Positions 56,361-64,000 of a DNA stretch of 64,000 bases are shown piece after piece. The notes beneath the pieces were generated by a model, which saw only the letters and a list, made by a program, of their open reading frames with translations, was not told where the DNA came from and searched no databases. The position numbers and the translations under genes are program-made. Source of the stretch: Candidatus Aenigmatarchaeota archaeon (GTDB lineage Archaea > Aenigmatarchaeota > Aenigmatarchaeia > GW2011-AR5 > JAHLMP01). The stretch is taken from the NCBI GenBank assembly GCA_018920315.1, contig JAHLMP010000002.1, positions 48,075 to 112,074 of the forward strand, read 5' to 3'. Numbering within the stretch: position 1 is the stretch's first letter; each line of letters starts with the position of its first letter.

Positions 56361-59300
56361 TTATTTTAAATACTCTTCTATAATTTTCTTTTCTTCATCT
56401 GTAATTCCATAAAGTTTGTATACCAATTCATCAATTTCCTTCTCGAGTTGCTTTATTTTATTTCTTATTTCTTCTTGATCAGTCATGCCTTTTTTTGAAA
56501 TCTCCTTTAAAACCTCCTCTGACTTTGGAACAGAAATATTGAGAATAAATTTCTTAATATCTTTAATTCTAGCAAGTTTTTCTTTATTATTATTTAGATA
56601 TATTATGACAAAATCTCTTACTAACCTATCTTTGATCTCTATAAAATCTTGCGAGCTTATGAAGATTCTATCATTTTCTACTTTAATTTTTTCAAATTTT
56701 GCATCGTCTTTTATGTTAAATGTAACTTTTGGCAAATTATAAAGTTTTTCTGTTTCTTCACCTTCTAAAATTGCATCTATATCGACAATTCCTTTTTTAT
56801 GTAACTCGAGAATTTCATCCACTTTCTTAATAATTTGTTCAGAAATTTTCTTCTCTTCCGGTGTTTCCGGAAGTTTGATGGGAAGTTTGTTTAAATGTTG
56901 TTTCGTATATCTATATCCAGATTTTCCTAAATAAACACTAATATGTTTAAAGAAAAACTCTAAAACTTTTGAATTTAATAAACCAAGTATGTATTTCGTT
57001 TTAATATAGTCTTTATTTATTTTAATAAAATATGCTGTATTCTTAATAAAGAAATTCCCATCGTCGTAAGCAAAATTATTGTTCATTGATATATCCGGTG
57101 TTATTATTTTTTCAGAACTTAGAGAATTATAATAGTTGCAAGGCCTTAGTTCATACCATTTTTTATTGGTATTCTTTATATCCGATCGACCTTCTAATTT
57201 TTCTTTAAACTGTTCTAAGTATAACTTAACATTTGGAAATTCAACCAAGTTTATGTTTTCAGTAAAAATTAAGTATGTATTTTTGTACAAAATTTTATAT
57301 CTTCTTATGTCTTTGCCATCTAAAATTGGTTTTAATAAACTTTTTTCTAGTTTCAATTTGTTTACATCGTCTAATTTCAAAATAAAAACATCATCCTTCC
57401 CGGTCTTCACACCGCAATTTATTTCAGATATTTCATTCAATTTGATTGTAGAGTTTGTGTCAATTTTATTCAAAAGCTGTAATTCTTTTCTATCTAAGAA
57501 TTTCCATTCATTACTTATTTTTCTTCTATTTTCTTGTTTTATATTTCTAATTAATGAACTTTGATCAACAGTAAAAGATTTGATATACTCATCTTGATAA
57601 TCTTTCGTTCCATTCTTAAAAATATGCCAAATAAGTTTGCTTAATTTCTTTTCCCACGACTCTTCTTCAAAATCTTTTTTAACTTTTATAACCCTTATTT
57701 CGTTGGATTTTTCTTTATCCAGTATTAGAATACACGGGTCTACAGTAACGTTAGCAAAAACTTTTGAACCGCGTAAGTCGATAAACTTAGAGATATGAGT
57801 ATTCTCAACAATAAATGCTCTTATGTATTTTCCATATCTTGTTTTTGTAAATTTGCTTGAAACAATAACCCCGAATTTTCCGGTATCTTTTAGCCATTTA
57901 ATACTGGCGTAAAGAAAATATACATAATAATCATTATCACCGTGGTAAATTTCCGGATAATTTTTTGAAAGTTTTTCTTTCTCTAATTTGGGTATTCTTT
58001 CTTTTCTTACATATGGCGGATTCTCTACGACAAAATCAAACTTCTTGTTCTTAATTGCGTCTATCTCTTCCTGCTCTTCAAGGAATGTTTTATGTGTCCA
58101 GTCAAAGAGTTGTTTTTGTGTCGGCTTCTCTAAGGAGTCGGTTCTATAAATTTTAAATCTTTTTAGTTTATAATCAGGGTACTTTTCTCTAACTCTTTGA
58201 TATAAATCAATAACTTGGAAAAGCATGTTCATCTCTGCTATATGACAAGCAAACGGGTTTATATCAAAACCATAGATGTGTTCCTGTACCGCTTCGAGAA
58301 TTATCTTTGCTTCATCTGGCGATAATCTATTAACAAGTTCTTTCCAATTTTTAGGATCTCTTAGCTCTTTTTTATCAGCTTTTCCGAATTTCATTAGAAA
58401 TCTACTAATTAACCTTCTGGTAGCTCTTACCAAAAATCCACCAGAACCACAAGCTGGATCTAACAAATCTTTATTTTCTATTTCATTATTGTATGTGTAA
58501 CCTACTGATGTCAAGATGTAATCGATAACCTCGACCGGTGTGTAAAATTCTCCTAATCTTTTTCTTTCATTACTTGGCAAGTATTTTTCATAAAGGTTTC
58601 CTAAAATGTCTCTATCTACATGAGTAAAATCAAACTGGTTTAGTATCCACAAAACTCTGTTCAAAATCTCATTTAATTCCCCATCTCCGGTTCTGAACCA
58701 ATCCAAGATACCAGTTTCATAGAAATGTGAATATAATCCACTTGCGCTTTTGAAGGCTAATTCCAAAATTTCTTTGTTGATAACATCTTCAGAAAATCTC
58801 TTTTTAAGAAATTCTCTTAATTGTTCTATACCTCCATTAGATATATTCTTTTCCAAGAATCCCTTATCTTCACAAATTCTCAAGAACAAAAGTTTGTTTA
58901 GAAAAACATAGATAGTCTCTTTACAAAATATTTCTTTAACATTATCATCTGGTACGTCCTCTTTTCCAGAATATTGCTTCCAGAGATAGAAGCCAGAGAA
59001 TGGTATATATTTTTTGTATTTTTCTTCCAGTTTTTGTTTGTATCTAGCTATGTTATGATTCAATTCTCTATTATTGGTTTCTGACCCCTTCTCGACTATT
59101 TCTAACTCTTTTTTATAGCTTGTATAGCCTTCTTTGTATTCACCGAATGCTCTAAGAGTATATCCTAGAAGTAATACATTAGCAATAAAATTTAATCGAT
59201 CCAATAATTTTCTAAATCCACATTCCTTTGTTATGTCTATTCTAGCATATGTTTCATTAAATTTCTGGTACTTTCTTGTATCAAATATAGTCTCTTTTGA

Positions 59301-59765
59301 TAAATTGTTCAAAAATAAAATTTGTGATTTTTCTTCACCTGAGAAGTCTTCTACAGATTTTTTTTGTTCTATTATTTTTGAAAAATCTAAATTTATTCTA
59401 AGTTTAGCCTCACCTTTTTGAATTTCCCATAGTTTAAATCTGAGAAAATTTGTTAATCCTATATATCGGGTTGTCTCTTCTTCATATTTAAAAGCCTGCT
59501 CTTCATGATCTTTTCTATCAATATCTTCCTTTGGTTTTTTTGTTTCGATTTTAATAACTGCAAAATCGTTCTCATCGACAATTGTCAAATCTGCTCTATT
59601 CTTTTCCCATTTAATGTATTTTGGTTCGTATCCAAGCGTTTCTTCCAAAAAATATTTTACAAATCTATATCTTATATCGTATTCAGAAGAACCCTTTTCT
59701 ATTTCTTTAATTATTTTTTTAAATGCTTCCAAGACTTTTTCAACAAAATTCAAACTATCTTTCAT
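56361..59765 (-). CDS. Type IIG/IIL fused restriction-modification enzyme (Eco57I/TaqI_C-like)
   Basis: N-terminal AD...IETK nuclease motif, GEFYTP, DPACGSGGFL, NPPY, TRD region, IDELVYKLYGIT C-terminus. Confidence 0.9.
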   Translation of the reverse strand: MKDSLNFVEKVLEAFKKIIKEIEKGSSEYDIRYRFVKYFLEETLGYEPKYIKWEKNRADLTIVDENDFAVIKIETKKPKEDIDRKDHEEQAFKYEEETTRYIGLTNFLRFKLWEIQKGEAKLRINLDFSKIIEQKKSVEDFSGEEKSQILFLNNLSKETIFDTRKYQKFNETYARIDITKECGFRKLLDRLNFIANVLLLGYTLRAFGEYKEGYTSYKKELEIVEKGSETNNRELNHNIARYKQKLEEKYKKYIPFSGFYLWKQYSGKEDVPDDNVKEIFCKETIYVFLNKLLFLRICEDKGFLEKNISNGGIEQLREFLKKRFSEDVINKEILELAFKSASGLYSHFYETGILDWFRTGDGELNEILNRVLWILNQFDFTHVDRDILGNLYEKYLPSNERKRLGEFYTPVEVIDYILTSVGYTYNNEIENKDLLDPACGSGGFLVRATRRLISRFLMKFGKADKKELRDPKNWKELVNRLSPDEAKIILEAVQEHIYGFDINPFACHIAEMNMLFQVIDLYQRVREKYPDYKLKRFKIYRTDSLEKPTQKQLFDWTHKTFLEEQEEIDAIKNKKFDFVVENPPYVRKERIPKLEKEKLSKNYPEIYHGDNDYYVYFLYASIKWLKDTGKFGVIVSSKFTKTRYGKYIRAFIVENTHISKFIDLRGSKVFANVTVDPCILILDKEKSNEIRVIKVKKDFEEESWEKKLSKLIWHIFKNGTKDYQDEYIKSFTVDQSSLIRNIKQENRRKISNEWKFLDRKELQLLNKIDTNSTIKLNEISEINCGVKTGKDDVFILKLDDVNKLKLEKSLLKPILDGKDIRRYKILYKNTYLIFTENINLVEFPNVKLYLEQFKEKLEGRSDIKNTNKKWYELRPCNYYNSLSSEKIITPDISMNNNFAYDDGNFFIKNTAYFIKINKDYIKTKYILGLLNSKVLEFFFKHISVYLGKSGYRYTKQHLNKLPIKLPETPEEKKISEQIIKKVDEILELHKKGIVDIDAILEGEETEKLYNLPKVTFNIKDDAKFEKIKVENDRIFISSQDFIEIKDRLVRDFVIIYLNNNKEKLARIKDIKKFILNISVPKSEEVLKEISKKGMTDQEEIRNKIKQLEKEIDELVYKLYGITDEEKKIIEEYLK

Positions 59766-60006
59766 GTTAAAACCTTTCTTTTTTAGTAGTTTAAATTTTT
59801 ATTTATATTATGGAATTCTTAGGAATGCATAGTTCCGACTTCTATTTCTAATGTCTCTATTATTAGTTCTCATTATATTTCAATATATAGTTTTTAAGTT
59901 AGATAAAAATTTCACGAATTAGATTTTATCTATGAAAATATTTAAAAATACTTATAGTACGAATAATAAAAATAGTCAACAATAATGATATTTTTGTATA
60001 TTTTTT

Positions 60007-60172
60007 GGGTCTGTGGTGTAGCTTGGTTTAGCATCGGACCTTCGGGACGAAAATGATTTGCGAAAAAGGTCCTGACCCCGGTTCAAAGCAAATTTAGCGA
60101 GAAACGATAATATAAGGAAATGACAGAATAATAGTGAAAAATTTAAATCTTGTGAAAATCCGGGCAGACCCA
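60007..60172 (+). tRNA. tRNA-Pro(CGG) with two introns: 37/38 (60047-60066, 20 nt) and 59/60 (60088-60158, 71 nt)
   Basis: Acceptor GGGTCTG/CAGACCC+A, anticodon stem GGACC/GGTCC, T stem CCCGG/CCGGG; BHB helices TTCG:CGAA and TTCA:TGAA; 75 nt mature. Confidence 0.9.
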
Positions 60173-60274
60173 TTCGAAAAGGATGAAACAAATCCAATCA
60201 AAGAAGATTTGAAAAAATTAAAATAAAAATTATATACTTGACAAAACTGTGGAATGATTTTAAAGTTGGCAAAG

Positions 60275-61594
60275 CTACATTTTCTCAAGATCTTTCAAAT
60301 CGAAAAGCAAAACATCTTGCTCTTTGAATTTTTCTTTAAAACTTTTTGCAAATATAGCATAGGTTTGTGTTTTGCTCGGCCATTTAACAAGCGAAGCCTT
60401 TTCTTTTAGTTCTTTTAAGATTTTTCTTGCATCAACTCGTTCTTGCCATTTACATTCTGCAAAAAGAATATCTCGTGTTTTCTCGTTTAAAGCAACGATA
60501 TCTATCTCTTTATCTTTGTGCCACCATTTTCCAATTTTTGTTAATTTAAAAGGTCTTTTTTCAATTAGAAATTCTTTACATACATCTTCAAAAACTTTTC
60601 CAATATAAGAGTTAAACTCTTGAATGATCGAATCAAAAACCTCTTTTTGTAAACCTTGCTCTATCATAGATCTATTTTTAAATATGAACTTAAACCAAAA
60701 TTTATAGAAGTTATCCTTAATTTTATATCTCGTTATTTTTGTTTTTAATTTTTTTTCTGTTATAGGAATCTCTTTTTCGATAAGTCCAACTCTTTCTAAA
60801 GTCATTAAATATTTTGGTAGCTTATGACTTTGTATTTTGCTAACTTCGGCTATTTCAGCGAATTTTACATAGCCATCGGTTATAGCTGAAAGAATGGAAG
60901 TATACGGAGCTGGGGTTCTAAACTCTTCGAATAAAAGATTAAGAGGCTCGTTATATAAAAATGAAGTTTTGTCCAATATCTTTTTTTTAATATTTTCTTC
61001 TATACTTAGTTTTGGATCGAATTCTTCTAAGTATCGAGGAATGCCGCCCAGTATTGAGTAAACTTTGATGAGTTGCTCTATTGTATAGTTAGGAAAGAAA
61101 TCTTTGATAAATTTAAATTTTAGAGGTAAAACATGCATTTCTGCACTCTTTCTACCATAAAGGGCAGAACCATAACCCATTGCAATTTTATATATAGTGG
61201 AGATTATCGAGCTGCAAAGGATTAGCTTTTTATCAGTTTCTTTTATCTTTTCCCACCATCTCTGCGCAATTGTAGGCCATGCTTTATTAAGTTGATAAAG
61301 GTATTGGAATTCATCTATTATAATAATTTTATATTTACTTCTATAGACAAATTCAAAAAAGTCATCCCACGTATTAAATTTTACAAACTCATCTTTGATT
61401 TGTTTTGAGAGAATATCGAGTATGTTTTCTGACATATCTGCTAGCAAATAAAGAGCTTTTGTCTTTTTTGCAAATTCGATTAAAAGTCTGCTTTTTCCAA
61501 CTCTTCGTCTTCCATAAACCAAAACAAGCTCTGCCTTTTTAGATTTCGCTAACTCTAAGAGTTTTCCAAGCTCTTCTTTTCTATCGACAAACAT
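60275..61594 (-). CDS. Archaeal ATPase (AAA+) with DUF234 and C-terminal PD-(D/E)xK domain
   Basis: MFVDRKEEL, GRRRVGKS Walker A, IIDEFQY Walker B, GGIP.YL, DNFY.FWF, EIDIVA...ECKW. Confidence 0.9.
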   Translation of the reverse strand: MFVDRKEELGKLLELAKSKKAELVLVYGRRRVGKSRLLIEFAKKTKALYLLADMSENILDILSKQIKDEFVKFNTWDDFFEFVYRSKYKIIIIDEFQYLYQLNKAWPTIAQRWWEKIKETDKKLILCSSIISTIYKIAMGYGSALYGRKSAEMHVLPLKFKFIKDFFPNYTIEQLIKVYSILGGIPRYLEEFDPKLSIEENIKKKILDKTSFLYNEPLNLLFEEFRTPAPYTSILSAITDGYVKFAEIAEVSKIQSHKLPKYLMTLERVGLIEKEIPITEKKLKTKITRYKIKDNFYKFWFKFIFKNRSMIEQGLQKEVFDSIIQEFNSYIGKVFEDVCKEFLIEKRPFKLTKIGKWWHKDKEIDIVALNEKTRDILFAECKWQERVDARKILKELKEKASLVKWPSKTQTYAIFAKSFKEKFKEQDVLLFDLKDLEKM

Positions 61595-61710
61595 TATCAT
61601 AATAATCATTATTACGTTATTGTTTTTTAAAACTTTTCTTATATTAAGTTTTGCTATGTGAATTTCTGCTAGATAAGAAAATTTAAGACAAATAATCAAA
61701 GATACGTCGG

Positions 61711-61776
61711 CTTAACTCCTAAATATTAATATGCTTCAACCCCTAAATATTAATCTGGCTTTATTAATCTGGCTTT
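61711..61776. repeat. Overlapping short duplications: CCTAAATATTAAT x2 and perfect tandem ATTAATCTGGCTTT x2
   Basis: Read directly. Confidence 0.85.
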
Positions 61777-61900
61777 GCCATCTTCTCGAATATTCGGTAA
61801 CATAGTTAATAGAACTATCTTGGATTCGACTTCATAAAATTCTGATCATTTTCCAATGAGATTCAATGCTATGCCATAAAAATTTAAGTAGAGATTTTGA

Positions 61901-62113
61901 AAAAATAAAAAAGCGTATCTAATGCATGAACTTGGCCATGCGCTAGGTGTAAACAAGAAAAACATTTTTGGAAAAGAGGATTATAATTATTTCCCCAAGT
62001 GGTGTGTCATGAATGAGCCACGAGAAGAAAATACATTAAGATCCGAGATAGGATATAGTCCAAAAGCCTGGGAGATGATGTATCTAAGGTATTATGCAAT
62101 TCCACATTCATAG
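61901..62113 (+). pseudogene. C-terminal remnant of a metzincin/matrixin-like zinc protease
   Basis: HELGHALG zinc motif and CVMN Met-turn; in-frame stop at 61898-61900 removes the N-terminal part. Confidence 0.6.
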
Positions 62114-62517
62114 ATATGAATATCTTCAATAACATCACTCTTTAGACGAATTCTTATCGTGGTTAGAGGTTTCATTACAAATGTCAGCGATTTCATATCG
62201 CTTTTGTATTTAGCCACAAGCGTATAACTTTTACCAACGATAACTTCAAAGTTTGCACCATAATCAGGATCTGTGAGCCTCGTCCAACTTTGATTGGTTT
62301 CCAAATCTATCAATGTTACCTCAACCTCCCTAAAATTTTCAGGAGAACCTTCCCAAGAAGTGACACTAAGCGTTTGTTTTTCTCCTTCTTTTGGAATATA
62401 CGGTCCCATTGTTTCAATTTCATCCTTTTGAAACATTGTTGACAACCAAAAACAACCAGCAAGCCCGAGAATGGTGATGAGAATCCCAAGAACAAGGACT
62501 TTTCTATAAATCTTCAT
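62092..62517 (-). CDS. Hypothetical exported/membrane-anchored beta-sandwich protein
   Basis: Signal/anchor with LAGC; purine-rich SD-like GGGGTGG upstream. Confidence 0.65.
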   Translation of the reverse strand: MKIYRKVLVLGILITILGLAGCFWLSTMFQKDEIETMGPYIPKEGEKQTLSVTSWEGSPENFREVEVTLIDLETNQSWTRLTDPDYGANFEVIVGKSYTLVAKYKSDMKSLTFVMKPLTTIRIRLKSDVIEDIHIYECGIA

Positions 62518-62768
62518 GGAACTTCCACCCCTTTACCTTTTACAATTATTTTTACCCCAAAATTTAAATATAACATCTCCTGAGAGAAATGTCAAGAGCC
62601 AGCTCTGAGGTAAAGGATTGCTATCCAACTTCGGAGCGTCAAGCTACTATTCCTAAAGAAGCTTTTCATTCTTTATTCAATATAGAGATGAATCTATGAA
62701 AAAACAAAATTGCTTTGTAGGAGATCGGGCATTATCGGAATTGTAAATAATTTAATTTTATCGATGGT

Positions 62769-63578
62769 TTATCCCCTGGCCTCAAGATACATAGCCAAAT
62801 CGCTTTCTGATTCTGGCACAAAAGCTTTGCAATAACGAGAGGCTAGCTCTTTGAACTCATCTGATGCTAGAAATGGAACAATGAAATTACCTTCTGGAAG
62901 CATTTCTCCAATTTCTAAATCAAATTCACAATCTCCTAGATAGATAATATCGTTTTCTCTCAATCCAAGCTCATTAAAAAATTTTTGTATAAACAAATCT
63001 CTTTTTCTTTTTCTCGAAGCTTCATCTACATTTGTTACTATTCCACAATATTCTCGAATCTTTGTTCCTATAATTTCATCAAAAGCGCTTATGTAATTGC
63101 TTAGTTCCAAAATTCTTTCAATGCATTTTTGGTAAGATCCAGAAATTATAAAAGTTCCTTTTCCTTGTGAATGAGCATTTCTAATAGGATTGAGAACTCT
63201 TCTATCTATTCTATCTTTATTTCTTTTTGAATAATTTTCAATTACTCTATCTACAAATTCTTCTGTTCTTCCGATCAATATATTACTATTAAAAATTTTG
63301 TATATCTCGTTTCCAATCTCTTTCATTCTCTTGATCTTTTCATTCGTTTCAATATCTTTTCTTGCTCTAGTTTTGTTATATTCCTTGTATTTTTTCATTA
63401 TTTTTCGTCTACTATTTATAACTTTTATAAAGGTTTCGAAAGATTCTTTAGTATGGGCTATTACACTTTTGGCAGAAGATCTCAACAGTTCATAAGCAAA
63501 CTCTTTATGAATTTCTTCATCTGTAGCATCATAAAAAAGTGTACCATTCCAATCAGAGACAATTGTTTTGTAGTTCAT
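62769..63578 (-). CDS. HAD-superfamily hydrolase
   Basis: SDWNGTL, IISGS, YLGDCEFD. Confidence 0.8.
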   Translation of the reverse strand: MNYKTIVSDWNGTLFYDATDEEIHKEFAYELLRSSAKSVIAHTKESFETFIKVINSRRKIMKKYKEYNKTRARKDIETNEKIKRMKEIGNEIYKIFNSNILIGRTEEFVDRVIENYSKRNKDRIDRRVLNPIRNAHSQGKGTFIISGSYQKCIERILELSNYISAFDEIIGTKIREYCGIVTNVDEASRKRKRDLFIQKFFNELGLRENDIIYLGDCEFDLEIGEMLPEGNFIVPFLASDEFKELASRYCKAFVPESESDLAMYLEARG

Positions 63579-63585
63579 AATTATT

Positions 63586-63634
63586 TTATAGTGGTAAAAA
63601 ATTAAATTTAATGTTATAGTGGTAAAATTTAATG
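63586..63634. repeat. Imperfect direct repeat TTATAGTGGTAAAA...AATTTAATG x2 in the divergent promoter region
   Basis: Copies start at 63586 and 63614. Confidence 0.8.
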
Positions 63635-63668
63635 CATCGCTTTAATTTATCGCAACAAAATTAGAAAT

Positions 63669-64000
63669 ATGTCAATATTTATAACAGGGCTTCCTGGTTG
63701 TGGAAAGTCCACATTAATTCAAAAAATAGCGGAAAGATTAAATTCTGAAGGAGTAAGAGTTTCAGGATTTGTAACACCAGAATTTAGAAAAGATAACAAA
63801 AGAGTAGGATTTAGAATTATTAACCTTGCTACTAATGAAGAAGGTGTATTTGCATCTGTAAAAGAGATGAAAGAAAGCAAAAGGTTTGGAAAATATTTTG
63901 TAAATATAAAGGAATTTGAAGAGATCGGTTTAAAAGGAATTGAAAATGGAGAAGTTATTATCATAGATGAAATTGGAAAAATGGAACTGCTTTCTGAAAA
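63669..64000 (+). CDS. Nucleoside-triphosphatase THEP1 family, truncated by the window end
   Basis: MSIFITGLPGCGKST, GF.T.E.R....RVGF, IIIDEIGKMEL; absent from the ORF track because it has no stop in the window. Confidence 0.9.
   Translation, partial: MSIFITGLPGCGKSTLIQKIAERLNSEGVRVSGFVTPEFRKDNKRVGFRIINLATNEEGVFASVKEMKESKRFGKYFVNIKEFEEIGLKGIENGEVIIIDEIGKMELLSE

Noticed and set aside
60088-60158. C/D box guide RNA within the tRNA-Pro intron
   Set aside because: Only a weak ATGACA C-like box is present, with no CTGA D box.
59976-60288. ORFs 59976-60197 and 60094-60288 on the minus strand
   Set aside because: They are antisense to tRNA-Pro and have no protein motifs.
61775-61815. Transposase remnant (minus-strand EYSRRW)
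   Set aside because: Too short, lacks the following IE residues and has no terminal inverted repeats.
62575-62665. GC-richer intergenic stretch as a possible ncRNA
   Set aside because: No convincing stem structure or known RNA motif could be established by eye.
56300-62770. Integrated provirus or plasmid at tRNA-Thr/tRNA-Pro
   Set aside because: No duplicated tRNA 3' end, integrase, or replication/structural gene was found by eye.
605-63964. Numerous 60-147 aa ORFs nested in or antisense to assigned genes (e.g. 4248-4586, 9424-9807, 42367-42810, 49987-50409, 57136-57564, 63719-63964)
   Set aside because: These are shadow ORFs with F/L/S/I-rich composition expected from the reverse complement of A-rich coding strands.

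Overview
AT-rich, gene-dense archaeal chromosome segment. The fused PriS-PriL primase, scattered ribosomal operons, class II LysRS and bacterial-type mevalonate genes suggest a DPANN lineage, possibly Aenigmarchaeota (inference, not tested). It holds about 62 CDS. Informational genes: rpl15e, rpl3-rpl4-[Toprim]-rpl23-rpl2, secE-spt5, tfb-primase-GINS-rpl44e-topA, a histone and lysS. Lipid genes: egsA, GGGPS, DGGGPS, uppS, PMK and MVD. Also present are arsenic/thioredoxin redox clusters, DNA repair genes (Nre, AGT-EndoV fusion, DenV-like glycosylase) and a type IIG R-M gene between two tRNAs. Five things stand out. (1) Three tRNA genes (Tyr-GTA, Thr-GGT, Pro-CGG) carry six introns in total; every one has a T-loop (59/60) intron in a bulge-helix-bulge (BHB), and tRNA-Tyr has three introns. 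(2) Spt5 has a second KOW domain, copied from its own C-terminal KOW, inserted inside the NGN domain. (3) The AglB oligosaccharyltransferase is split into two genes and has a YWDPG motif. (4) Short tandem duplications recur across the window, echoing gene ends/stop codons and promoter regions. (5) A small Toprim gene is inserted between rpl4 and rpl23. No rRNA, CRISPR array, integrase or transposase was seen. All product calls come from motif recognition by eye; no database search was run.
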